This document shows, piece by piece, positions 26,447 through 37,950 of a DNA stretch of 64,000 nucleotides. This DNA comes from Botryllus schlosseri (lineage: Eukaryota): NCBI GenBank assembly GCA_051294905.1, contig CM119372.1:33916001-33980000 (forward strand), given 5' to 3'. The position numbers and the translations under genes were made by a program. Below the pieces are notes generated by a model. The model saw nothing but the letters and a program-made list of their open reading frames with translations. It was not told the DNA's origin and ran no database searches. Position 1 is the first letter of the stretch, and each line of letters opens with the position of its first letter.

Positions 26447-26982
26447 TTATCCGAGTAAAAATACATTTTCCTTTGGCTACATGACGCTTACCAGAGTAAA
26501 AAATATCATTATCACCTGGAGATCCACCGTTACCCGAACAACAAAACCATTTTCCTTTGGAGATCTATCGTTTACCCAGTGTAACAATACATTTTCACAT
26601 GGCGATCCATCGTTTACCCTGAGCAACAAACCTTTTTCACTTGGAAATATATTTTTTCCCTGGGTAACAAACCTTTTTCACTTGGAAATATATTTTATCC
26701 CTGGGTAACAAACCTTTTCCACTTGGAAATATATTTTTTCCCTGAGTTACAAACCGTTTCCACTTGGAAATATATTTTTTCCCTGAGCAACAACCCATTT
26801 TCACTTGGATGTATATTTTTTCCCTGAGCAACAAACCATTTTCACTTGACGGTCCGTCGTTTACCTGAGTAAAAATATCATTTACCTTTGGATATCTGGC
26901 GTTTACCCAGTGTAACAATACATTCTCACTTGACCATCTAACTTTTCCTAGAGTATCAATACCGTTTTCACTTGGAAATCTG
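26447..26982. repeat. 41-42-bp tandem repeat, ~13 copies (mirror 29198-29733)
   Basis: Unit ~TTTTCACTTGGAAATATATTTTTTCCCTGGGTAACAAACCT; CACTTG cores at 26638, 26679, 26720, 26761, 26802, 26843, 26927, 26969, with degenerate outer copies. Confidence 0.95.
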
Positions 26983-28072
26983 ACAACCACACCCGGCAAT
27001 TTGGTGTTTGTTGTATTGACGACAGTTGGAAATTGATGACAACGAACAGTGACGAAAATATACACGAACAACCGGTTTCAGAGTATACCCGCGTCGGTCG
27101 TATCACATCAATATCATCGGTTAGCCACATGAAATACCAATATGCTCTTATACATCGAAATGTATGTTTTGGAAATTGGACTATAGGTTTCGATATGTCT
27201 GTGATGTCCAGGTTCGTACTTTGGATTTTCCAGAGTCAAAGTGTCTGAATAAAACACCGCCTCGACTTCGGTAAATGTTTGGCACGCAGATAACGCTGGT
27301 CGGAAATCGTGGAATTTATGTTTCCATCGGGCTAACAACTCCAGGTTACTTGTGATTTTTCTCACACGTGTTTACTATGTTGTGTCGCTCTTTATTGATC
27401 AATACATAACACGCCATTAAGTTTGAAATCGGAAACCTCGAGAAAGTGTTAACCGGATCCGGATATCAACTCTGAATCGATAAACCATATTCAAGTAAAC
27501 ATACCACAACCCGGGTTTCCATGAAAATAACAAGACATCGCACAAATCAAGCATACTTCGCGATTATTTGCCCACACAAGAATCCCATAAGCGAGGTGTA
27601 TGACATTACATACATCATGGATAACATCGTGTCTAGCATTACAAACATCATGGGTGACAAATTCGTCTTCTCAAGTCTCGTCATGCACCGACTCTGTACA
27701 TTCAATGTGGGGTAGACGACTTGGAGACAGACAAACAGACATATTTGACCGTAACATGGCCTTAGCATGAGAATTCGTTACACGGGTACAACGTCGCAGT
27801 CAGACGTCTTTAACAGTGATTCCGCGTATGGAAATCTTAATTCGATTGTGGTTTTGTAATGTAATCCGGGTTACTGTGTTTCTGCGGTGTGAAGACTAAA
27901 TTCGTGTTGATCCCCCTGCAAGAGCGTGATGTCTATTTCACACCTAGAGCAATTATAAAACACATCTTCGAAACTTTTGGTCTAGTTCATCCGCTTGCAT
28001 TTTGAAACGGACCATCACCGCAAGACAATTGAAAAAACTTTGTCGTTACCTGATCAATATACACGAGTAAGG

Positions 28073-28348
28073 ATGAGACTACGCGTAACTGTCCATAGAT
28101 TCCTCTGGCCCCACACCGTGGTTTTACGACACAGACAAGATGCAGCAGTGGAAATATTGAAAATGAAAAACGATACCTTGGTTACATTTGATTTGGATTT
28201 TACACCTGATGAACCATACACTCGATTGATACATTGGGATGACAACTCTATCGTCGAGGTTGAGGGAAAAGAAATGTACAGATTTGTTGGTGTCGTGGAT
28301 ATTCAACGAAAATCGGGGTACATGATAGTACATGGTTCGCATATATGA
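28073..28348 (+). CDS. Hypothetical 91-aa protein in the unique spacer of the palindrome
   Basis: ATG at 28073 within a 117-codon open frame; TATAAAA at 27954-27960; globular-looking composition; no homology recognised. Confidence 0.4.
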   Translation: MRLRVTVHRFLWPHTVVLRHRQDAAVEILKMKNDTLVTFDLDFTPDEPYTRLIHWDDNSIVEVEGKEMYRFVGVVDIQRKSGYMIVHGSHI

Positions 28349-28419
28349 CTATGAATGTATCGGTATGCATAATGCTCTGTTCACTGTATCGATATCATCA
28401 ATGGTATTTGAACGCATAA

Positions 28420-31400
28420 CCATGTTACGGTCAAATATGTCTGTTTGTCTGTCTCCAAGTCGTCTACCCCACATTGAATGTACAGAGTCGGTGCATGACG
28501 AGACTTGAGAAGACGAATTTGTCACCCATGATGTTTGGAATGCTAGACACGATGTTATCCATGATGTATGTAATGTCATACACCTCGCTTATGGGATTCT
28601 TGTGTGGGCAAATAATCGCGAAGTATACTTGATTTGTGCGATGTCTTGTTATTTTCATGGAAACCCGGGTTGTGGTATGTTTACTTGAATATGGTTTATC
28701 GATTCAGAGTTGATATCCGGATCCGGTTAACACTTTCTCGAGGTTTCCCGATTTCAAACTTAATGGCGTGTTATGTATTGATCAATAAAGAGCGACACAA
28801 CATAGTAAACACGTGTGAGAAAAATCACAAGTAACCTGGAGTTGTTAGCCCGATGGAAACATAAATTCCACGATTTCCGACCAGCGTTATCTGCGTGCCA
28901 AACATTTACCGAAGTCGAGGCGGTGTTTTATTCAGACACTTTGACTCTGGAAAATCCAAAGTACGAACCTGGACATCACAGACATATCGAAACCTATTGT
29001 CCAATTTCCAAAACATACATTTCGATGTATAAGAGCATATTGGTATTTCATGTGGCTAACCGATGATATTGATGTGATACGACCGACGCGGGTATACTCT
29101 GAAACCGGTTGTTCGTGTATATTTTCGTCACTGTTCGTTGTCATCAATTTCCAACTGTCGTCAATACAACAAACACCAAATTGCCGGGTGTGGTTGTCAG
29201 ATTTCCAAGTGAAAACGGTATTGATACTCTAGGAAAAGTTAGATGGTCAAGTGAGAATGTATTGTTACACTGGGTAAACGCCAGATATCCAAAGGTAAAT
29301 GATATTTTTACTCAGGTAAACGACGGACCGTCAAGTGAAAATGGTTTGTTGCTCAGGGAAAAAATATACATCCAAGTGAAAATGGGTTGTTGCTCAGGGA
29401 AAAAATATATTTCCAAGTGGAAACGGTTTGTAACTCAGGGAAAAAATATATTTCCAAGTGGAAAAGGTTTGTTACCCAGGGATAAAATATATTTCCAAGT
29501 GAAAAAGGTTTGTTACCCAGGGAAAAAATATATTTCCAAGTGAAAAAGGTTTGTTGCTCAGGGTAAACGATGGATCGCCATGTGAAAATGTATTGTTACA
29601 CTGGGTAAACGATAGATCTCCAAAGGAAAATGGTTTTGTTGTTCGGGTAACGGTGGATCTCCAGGTGATAATGATATTTTTTACTCTGGTAAGCGTCATG
29701 TAGCCAAAGGAAAATGTATTTTTACTCGGATAAGTGTCGTGGGTTCAGTGTTTCCATTGTCGTTGGTATTGTTAAACGTTGTCGTCGGTGGTCGTTGGTA
29801 TACTATTACGAGGGTGAAAAGGATTTGCACGTCTTGTGCAGAGTATTGTGACAGTGAACATATTTTTGGTGCGACGAAACAAGATCGTTGTTCAAATGTT
29901 AATGCATGCATTTCGATTACCGAGTTGTTGTACAATAGAGACGACTCTACATTAGATCATGATGTGTGCTTCGATTAAAACCGCAAGACCACATGAAAAT
30001 CTTTTCGCACAACTCGATGACATTGATAAAGTGTTACTAAAAATAACGATTACCTATTTACACAACATAAAAATAACAATTCATGTCGTAGTAAGTAAGT
30101 TTCTTGAACTCGTACTTGATGAAAACGAATGGTGACTAGTATGCTTTTGTGTTTGAGTGAAAAATAATTATTTAGAGTATAGTGACAGTTTGTGACCAAG
30201 GAATGCAAATTGATCATGATATTGCAATATACACTTTCATCAACATAACGACTTGACACAGGAGAAACACTTTCACGTTTTTCAATAACTCGATTCTTGA
30301 AACTTGTTACTTTTACGATGTACCGTTGGGGTGCAAACTATAACGACCATTTTGTATGATAGTATGTTTTAGTTGTATTGTTGTGAGGACAATCATATGA
30401 TGACTCAACACTTTTCGTTAGCAAAGTAAATTGTTTTGTGTGTTAGATTTGTGGAAAGTAAGTCGAATACATATTTTTTTTTGTGGAAGTAACTGTATTA
30501 TTGTGATATCATTGACAGGTCTCTCAAGCAGTGACCATGGTTTTGTTTTTGAAAGATGTATCGATATAATATTTTCTAAAAGTCAAACTCGGACGGCTAT
30601 CATGACTGTGTAGGACTTACGATAAACACCTTTGTTACAAGAACTATGATATTTCTGTAAGTACTATAGTTATGTGTTGGATTATTTGAATATTTAGATG
30701 TGTGACCATTCGTGTAAAAAAGTTTGTAGAGTCTAAACAACCATTTGGTTTCGTAGTGTGAGGATATGAAGTAAAGTCGACTACTTTGTGTGATGTAAAT
30801 ATCCTTCGTACTTTTGTAAGAGTTGTGGGAGGGTGCTCATTCATACCCTACAAAGTAACTAGTTGATACAAACAAAATAATGAATGACCGCCAACACATT
30901 GAATTCATAACCCAAGATTGTGAAAATTGTTTACTGTTAGACTAACATAATTCGTATCCAGCAAAACGATAGACACCAAAGGTTCGATGGGGTTTAAATC
31001 TAGATTGTATTAAGCGAAGTGATGAGTACCTCCAGTAATAAAATCGAAACGGCCAAAACAAATTTTCTGCGTCTTGTAAATAACTATTTGGTATGATATT
31101 ACTTGAGTGTGTGACAATTCGTATCTGTCGAGGTTGTATGTTTAGCCATATCGAAATGAATCCAGAATACATATAGTATACATTGATCACAGTAGAATCG
31201 ATGAGAATGTTAACCACATAGAGTGTATTTGTATGAAAGTCATTTCCAACACAGTTACTTCGATCGGTATTAATTCCGTGTCATACAAAAAACATGAAAC
31301 CTGTGTACAGTTTCGTTTTACGAGAATATCGAGTAAGTTGATTATTTTTTGTGTCACGAAAATATCTTGTATTGATATTGCACACTGGTTTCATTACCCA

Positions 31401-34400
31401 AGTGCGTGAAAATTGTTTTCTACTGGACAGATATGATTTGTATTTAGAAAAAACGACCCACACCGATAAAGCGACGTTGTGTAATATCCGCTGAGTGCGT
31501 GAAATTGCCTTACGATTTGATTTAGCGAGTTAATTGTTGGTGATTCAATCACATACAAGTATATGGTCTTTTAGTGACTGAGTATTGTGACGACATTTAC
31601 TGTGACAAATGGCAATGGGAAAATTTCCAATTTCTCTGATCGTGTGTGCTGCACAAATAGTTCTAGTATGTAATCAGTGAACGTCATGTAAATTGACAAC
31701 GACTCTCAGTAGTTTGGTTAGATGATGGAGGTTCAAATCGATATCGCTACTACGAACAGCAATACAAACACATTTTTGTAGATTTCAGTGTAGCGCACAT
31801 TTCGATTTTATTAATGCTGAGAGGTTTCTGTATTACTCAAGTATAGTTGAATAGGTGGTGCCTAACAAACATATTCCAATTTACTTTTGTAATGATCAAA
31901 GTGAGTGTGAAATGATGCGAACGGATTAAGCATTAATCAAATGGTGGTATGTCAATTCACCAAGTGTGATATCTTGACACCAGGTAATGCGCGAAAGTGT
32001 TTCCATTCTCACCGACAATAAAGTATTGCCCCGGTTATTGTTCAACAAAGGAAATTGTTGTTTCATCTTTAGTCTTGTTTAATGCAGACATTTGTAAAAT
32101 ATTTCCCGATATCCACAATACTCTGCGTGGCTTGTACCAAGGCTGAATAATTTTCCAATCGAGAACATTTTAGACACACATAGTTTACAACTCAATATGT
32201 TAATAACAATGGTACTGAAAAGTTTGTTGCTGTCACAATAATCTTTACCACAACGCCGGGTCTAATTAACGCAAATAATTTAATAGGCAAGTCATGATCA
32301 ACTATTACATATGTCAAATCAATGTGTCAATCCTTATGTTTACATCATGATAATTTTCAATATAACACCTGCGTTCGATTGTAAGAAATGAATTCTCAAC
32401 ATGTTGGGCAGACTTTCAAATCTCGCATACTCAAACATATTATGTTAATCTCAAGTCGCGGGCACCGAGAAGTAATTACTTTTATCTTACAAAATATACC
32501 GCATAGTAATTTCTTTGTCTTACAGAATAGTAACGACTTTTCAAGTTGAATAAAAAAGACATGTAGGGATATGAATACAACCAGGCTTGTTATGGATTTT
32601 AGGTTTTAGTGCTTGTATGGATTCGTGTATGTTTGGCTGTTTTTCATATTGATACTGTTGAGTTGGTCGGTTAACGGATTTACTTGACAATGTTTTCGTG
32701 GTTGATTCTTTGAATATGGTAAGATGGTCAGATGTCGAGACGTAATAGTATTTCCGTTAACTCAATTACAACAAAACATAACCAGCATTCAAATAATCCG
32801 TAAGCTACAAGTGGATTTAAAACTTGATGCTGTTTTGTGGTTAACTCAAGTCAGTGGTCATATTTGTGTTGATTTCAGGAATGATCATGACGAGTTGGTC
32901 GGGTAAATTAGTTAATGTGGTAGTAACTACGACCGTAAAGAGTTGCTGACATTCCAATATCTTTTACGCTGTCGTATATGGATTCACTTGTGATAATTAT
33001 TTCTCAGTTATTGTTCAGACATTCAAATATCGTATATTCAAAATGTAATAGGTTTATGTCAAGTCGTATATGGATCGATTAGTAAATACTTTGTTTTACA
33101 GAATAGTAACGAACTTTACAGTTGGATAAAAATTATCGGTCATATGAATACAACCAGATGAATTAGTTCAAGTTTGCTAGTTGTACTGATATAATCAAGT
33201 AAGTGAAAACTAGATTTTTAACACTGGTGTTTGTTGTGAATAATTCTTTTGAGTATGGTAAGATGTTAAAATGTCGCTTTGACAATTGAAAAGTCGGATC
33301 GCGAATAGAGTTGTAATGTTTCATTACTTGTTTCGAATCAATGTGCGTATAATCTCTAAATATGACTGGGTTGAAAGTTGTTAGTCATGTTTGTCAATCT
33401 ATTTCAATTCAGACTATGTCAAAGTCCAAATATTTCATTTTGGATTATCTGGATTTACCTTTAGTACATCCGCGAATGGATTTAAAGTTGGTAAATTACC
33501 AAAATGATTGAATATTATCGGGTTAGAGATAGTTTGTATTGATTCTATACCTGTTAAAACAGCGGCGTGGAATGTGTGAATGATCCGATGTGGGTGAATG
33601 TTGGCGTCAGTAATATTCAGGTTACGTTCGATTCAACAGATTGCGTTAATAGAATTTGTCAAAGGATTTGAGTTGGGTCGAGTCAATACATTCAAATACG
33701 ATTCAACTTGATTTGTGTAGTGAGTTACATTTCAAGTTGACAAACTAACACATTGATTGAATATTTTCATGGATCTTATCACGCAACTAAAGTCAGCCAC
33801 TATTCGGGAGGCGTGAAACATATAGCGATCGCGGGCAAATGTCAAATTGTTGGTTTTCGAATCACGGTCTGCGCTGGTACTGTTATTCATTACTTATTAC
33901 TTGATAGTAACAACCATCGACACATTACACTGTAGCGATTGGGATGTATGTAATGACAAGACGCGAGAAATGGCTATGTCTTTGGTGTTATCTTGTGAGT
34001 GATCGTGGGATTTGTAACCTATTTCACACGTTTTTGAAGTGTTGGTTTGTGAACGCGGCTATTGTTGATATTCGAATCACCGTCTACGCCGGCTCTGTGG
34101 CAAACCAATTACCAAAATATTACATTGTCAACGATCGGCATGTATGTAACAGCGAGTCGCGAGCGATGGTTATGTCTTAGGTATTATCTTGTGAGCGATC
34201 GCGGGATTTTACCAATATTTCACACCTTTTTGGAGTGTTAGTTTGTGAACAGCAGACTATTCTGTAGATGTGAAACAGCGAAGGTGTCAATAATCCGATC
34301 TGAAAGTCGGCGTGCTATTCAGGCTACGTAGGGATCAATAGCGAGGAAACACTTAGAACACGATCGGTCATTTGTCACGACTAAACTACATCATATATAA

Positions 34401-34796
34401 TAATTTACGATATACACATTAACAAGGTTCATTCATATGACTATTCACTTGATACATATTCAACACCGTGCGAGAGATGCCTGAAAGGGCGATTCACGAC
34501 CGCACCCATAAGAACACATGGCGAGTCACCACAGAACCCGTAAGAATACACGACAGGCGAATCACCGCCACCGCCTATAGCAAAAAAGGCGAGTCACGAC
34601 CCCGAGTTTTCACGGCGAATCACGACCGCAGCCTATACCCGAAAGGGCGAATCACGACCGCACCCATAAGAACACATGGCGAATCGCGGCCCCGCCATAA
34701 GAGATAAGAGGCGAATCGCCACCCCGGGTTTTCACGGCGAATCGCGACCCCGCCATAAGCCACAACGCTAGTTCGCGACCGATCTATACTACTACT
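28420..34796. repeat. Right arm of giant inverted repeat (6,377 bp)
   Basis: Begins CCATGTTACGGTCAAATATGTC, the reverse complement of the left-arm end at 27759. Confidence 0.98.
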
Positions 34797-36813
34797 CACA
34801 AGTTATATCTCTGGTAGTCGATCTTAATGTCCCCAGTTTAACAAATTGTTTGCGATTTGCCAGGTAGCTTTCAAGTAGAGTTGCTGCAATACCCCTGATT
34901 CCATAGTGTTCTAGCTTGTATCTTAAGATTCTGTGGTTAACTGTGTCGAAAGCTTTACGGAGGTCGATAAAAATGCTGCAGCCACTTTTTTTTTGCTTTA
35001 TGGTTTTGTAATAGTCCGTTACAATTGATAGTATTGCATGGTTGGTGTTGTGGTTTGATCTGAATCCATGCTGGGTCGGAGACAGTACTGCATTCAATTC
35101 AAAAAAAATTTTGAGTCGGCAGTCAATCAGTTTTTCAAAAACCGTGGCAAGATTTGGCAGAACAGATATTGGTCGGTAGTTAGAAATTAGCTTTTTACAG
35201 CCTTTCTTAAACACTGGCATTACTCTGGCAGTTTTCAGTGCATCTGGGAAAATGCCCAGACGTATCGACTCATTAAAGAAAATGCATATAACATCACCAA
35301 TAATATTAAAGACTAGCTTCAGAAAGTGCGTTGGGATGAGATCGGGTCCTACTGCTTTGCTACTTTTCATTTCAGATAGTATGATGGCAACTTCTCCTTC
35401 ACTTGTCGGCTCAAGAAAAATGGATTTCTTGGGGCCAGGACTTAAGTACGAGAGAAAGTCATCGGAGGAGTTCGGTATTGAAGCTGCAAGATCCGGACCA
35501 ATGTTGCAAAAATACTGATTGAACTTTTCTGCTACTGCAAGCTGGTCTTTGATCATGCTGCCATTCTCGAGTAGCTCGATGTCAGCAGCACTGTTGGGAG
35601 CATTACCTTTAGTTAGGTTGATAATTTCTCCAATGGTTTTCCATGTGTTCTTGGGATCCTTGGAGCACTCTTCGAATCTTTTTTGGAAGTATGCCTTTTT
35701 GGCATTTTCTTTCATATGCGTCACTTGGTTTGCATATTTTTTGTACACTTTTTTGCCTTCGCTTGTGCCTTGCAGATAGTAGTGCTTATGCATCCAATCC
35801 CTTGTTTTGATCGCAACTAGTATGTCATGACCAATCCAGGGTTTCGATTTCAAGCGCCTTGCATTGCGGTTGACTTTCCTAATTGGGAAAGATGTGTCGA
35901 GGGCTGCCCGCAGTTCCTCAATAAATTTTTCAAAGTGGCGATTGTAGTTGTCAATTGTGAGTGGAGGAGTTTTGTAGTTGTTGAAGGTATTGCTGACAAT
36001 TTCAATATACTCCTCAATACCGCGTGGGTTCAGGGGCGTTCGAGATTCAAATTCTTTAGCACATTGTGGCAGGACCAATTTCATGTGGCAGATGATGGGA
36101 TAGTGATCAGTCATACTGTGTTGGAGCACAAAAGGGGACAGGTGATATTGATGAGTGTTGCAGTAGAAGTGATCTAGTAGAGTTTTGGATTGGTCAGCTA
36201 TTCTTGTGGGTTCAGTAATTATCTGAGCTATTCCATAAGAATCAAGCATTTCACGGTACCTTGTGTTGAAGTTGGTGGTCTTCAGCAAATCAATATTTAT
36301 GTCTCCCATAATAAATATTTGTTCGTTAGCTGCCGTTAACGTTTCCAGTATATTTGAGAATTCGTCAAGAAAAGTCTCTTGCTTTGTTCCTGGGTGTTTG
36401 TAGATGACTGCCACTGTGAGAGCTTTTTGTACATGCACTCTGACAAATATATATTCTACGCCTTCGGTTTCAAATTTTACGTCGGGCATCATGTCATATC
36501 TCACACCTTCGTTGATGTATAGTCCAACACCTCCAGCGTTCGTTTTGGATGGCGAGTGTAAAAAGTTGAAACCTGTCAGGTTAACATTAGTTGTTGGTTG
36601 TTCTTTCAACTTGGTCTCAGAGATTCCGATGATGATTGGTGAGCAATTAAACATCTCAAACAGGGGGGGAATTTCATCTAGATGAGCTTGGAGGGATCTT
36701 GTGTTTAAGTGTGCAAGTAAAATTCCTTGAGATGATGGGATGTCACTACTATTCGTTGAATTGATGGATCTGCAGTTGCTCATGTTGAAAAAGGTTAGCT
36801 TGTTTAATAACAT
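34797..36813 (-). pseudogene. LINE ORF2, N-terminal part (APE endonuclease + RT N-half)
   Basis: HLNTRSL, IIGISETKL, GGVGLYI, MGDINIDL, TLLDHFY, TDHYPI (APE); NYRPISVLP, QHGFR, IDLRKAFDTVNH (RT); frame open up to the insertion site (..RDITC). Confidence 0.95.
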
Positions 36814-37744
36814 TGACGCAACAAGAGTGTCTGGCAAAACGAGACTATGCAGCTCAGAAATAGCTAGACAGTTTGTTGCGTCACAATGTTCAACTCGATC
36901 ACAATGCAAAATTCGTGGTTGATTTTGGGGGTTCCAGTTCCATGAGAATAGTTTATATTTTAATAATCAGTACTGCGGCAGCTTCTCATTGATACCCGTT
37001 TTATCAAATTTAGCGCTCGACAAGCCGGTCAAAAATGGTCGTAAAATTGCCTTTGGACAAATGGAAAATATGACGTAAACCAAATGCAGTCAGCCGTTCA
37101 ATCTCGCTGTGCCCACACCGTTTAGGACACCATGCTTTCACCCCTAATGGGTGAGCTGGACCCAGATTAAGAAACGTGCCTTTCACAAACGCTCTTCTCG
37201 CTTGTAACGCGGTCCTGTTAACACAACACCATGAACGAAATACACTATTTGGCAGGCCGTGTTATTTTTGGCATATGCCAAAAATTGCTTATTTTGGGCA
37301 TTTTCAAATTTTTATTTTTGGCAGTTTTGGCATTTGGCTCCTGAAATGCCAAAAATAACACGGCCTGCTCATAGGCTACTTCGAAAATTCAATTTGACTT
37401 GAATTGTGACTTGACTCGACTTGACGCGATGAGTCACCTCCAAAATCGAGTGACTTTACTTGAATCGAGTCATCTTCGAAAATCGATTGACTGGACTTGA
37501 CTTGAGTCAAAATCTGCAATGACTCGTGACTCGAAGGCAGTGACTTGATCCCAACACTGATGCATACTAGGGTTGTTCAGAAATAACTTTTTTCCCGGAC
37601 TCTGGGATTCACATGATTACATTGGTTGGTAGCTATAACGCAAGACGAATATTTTGATGATATTACACTCGCGTAATATGAATCCAGAAGGCTACTTATA
37701 GGATTCGCTGCGTGTATCTTCCCTTTTAACGGACCAGCGTATGT

Positions 37745-37950
37745 GGCGAGATAGCGCAGTGGTAGGCTATAATCCGCGGCTGCAACACCAATGGGTGCGG
37801 GTTCGAGTCCGACCGAGGTCGACTTCTGAATTCCGATAATATCTAAGTGTTGGAGGTTTACCTAGGCTCCTCCTCGCCACCTCATCCGCGTCAGCGGTGC
37901 CTTACAAAAGCCTGTGCATAAGTCGGCAGTTACGAAAAATAAGAACAATA
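37745..37950 (+). mobile_element. tRNA-derived SINE family 2
   Basis: A box TAGCGCAGTGG, B box GGTTCGAGTCC, TGTTGGAGGTTTA core shared with 55238-55449; A-rich end. Confidence 0.65.

Larger units (their letters stand above)
21384..27759. repeat. Left arm of giant inverted repeat (6,376 bp)
   Basis: Reverse complement of 28420-34796; the ORF track is mirrored; 7 substitutions and 1 indel spotted by eye. Confidence 0.98.
21384..34796. mobile_element. Non-autonomous, almost wholly palindromic Polinton/Maverick-like element (13,413 bp)
   Basis: Termini AGTAGTAGTATAG / CTATACTACTACT; perfect 6-bp TSD CACAAG (21378-21383, 34797-34802); inverted arms 21384-27759 and 28420-34796; no ORF over 144 aa; no pPolB, integrase or capsid recognisable. 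Confidence 0.85.
20181..36925 (-). mobile_element. CR1-group (L2/Crack-like) LINE, 5'-truncated (~3.3 kb without the insert), interrupted by the palindromic element
   Basis: APE endonuclease + RT ORF2; 3' UTR ending AATAAAGA(CT)n at 20181-20202; the 5' end is placed where host sequence rejoins (gagtcctggg / ggttccag, possible short TGGG duplication). Confidence 0.9.
19404..37367 (-). mobile_element. hAT deletion derivative (CAGGCCGTG TIR) hosting the LINE
   Basis: TIR CAGGCCGTGTTATTTTTGGCA / TGCCAAAAATAACACGGCCTG; perfect 8-bp TSD CTCATAGG (19396-19403, 37368-37375); minus-strand remnant LATFFPSAGTVEADISQILWARNEFRTNLADLSLEALLQCK near 19780-19905 resembles a hAT C-terminal region. Confidence 0.9.
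17504..37559. mobile_element. hAT MITE (CAGTGTTGGGAT / GACTCGAGTC family); outermost shell of the nest
   Basis: Left end CAGTGCTGAGATGACTCGAGTC, right end GACTTGATCCCAACACTG; flanks atgcatgc / atgcatac; both halves match the uninterrupted copy 46607-47567. Confidence 0.85.

Noticed and set aside
26447..26982. CRISPR-like array
   Set aside because: Units are head-to-tail with no unique spacers, there are no cas genes, and the context is eukaryotic.
26637..27071. 144-aa ORF (and its mirror 29109-29543) as a real protein
   Set aside because: It is a chance open frame through a 41-bp repeat, changing register each unit.
28206..28230. CTGATGA as a further hammerhead core (also ~3334, ~52012, ~54661)
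   Set aside because: No correctly placed GAAA or flanking stems.
21384..34796. Giant inverted repeat as an assembly or fold-back read artefact
   Set aside because: The exact 6-bp TSD, transposon-type termini, non-mirrored flanks that rejoin into one intact ORF, and arm-specific variants argue for a genuine insertion.
21384..34796. Autonomous Polinton, or a Foldback/Galileo-type element
   Set aside because: No pPolB, integrase, ATPase or capsid ORF is present. Foldback-type elements have longer TSDs and different termini, whereas the 6-bp TSD and AGTAGT ends fit Polintons.
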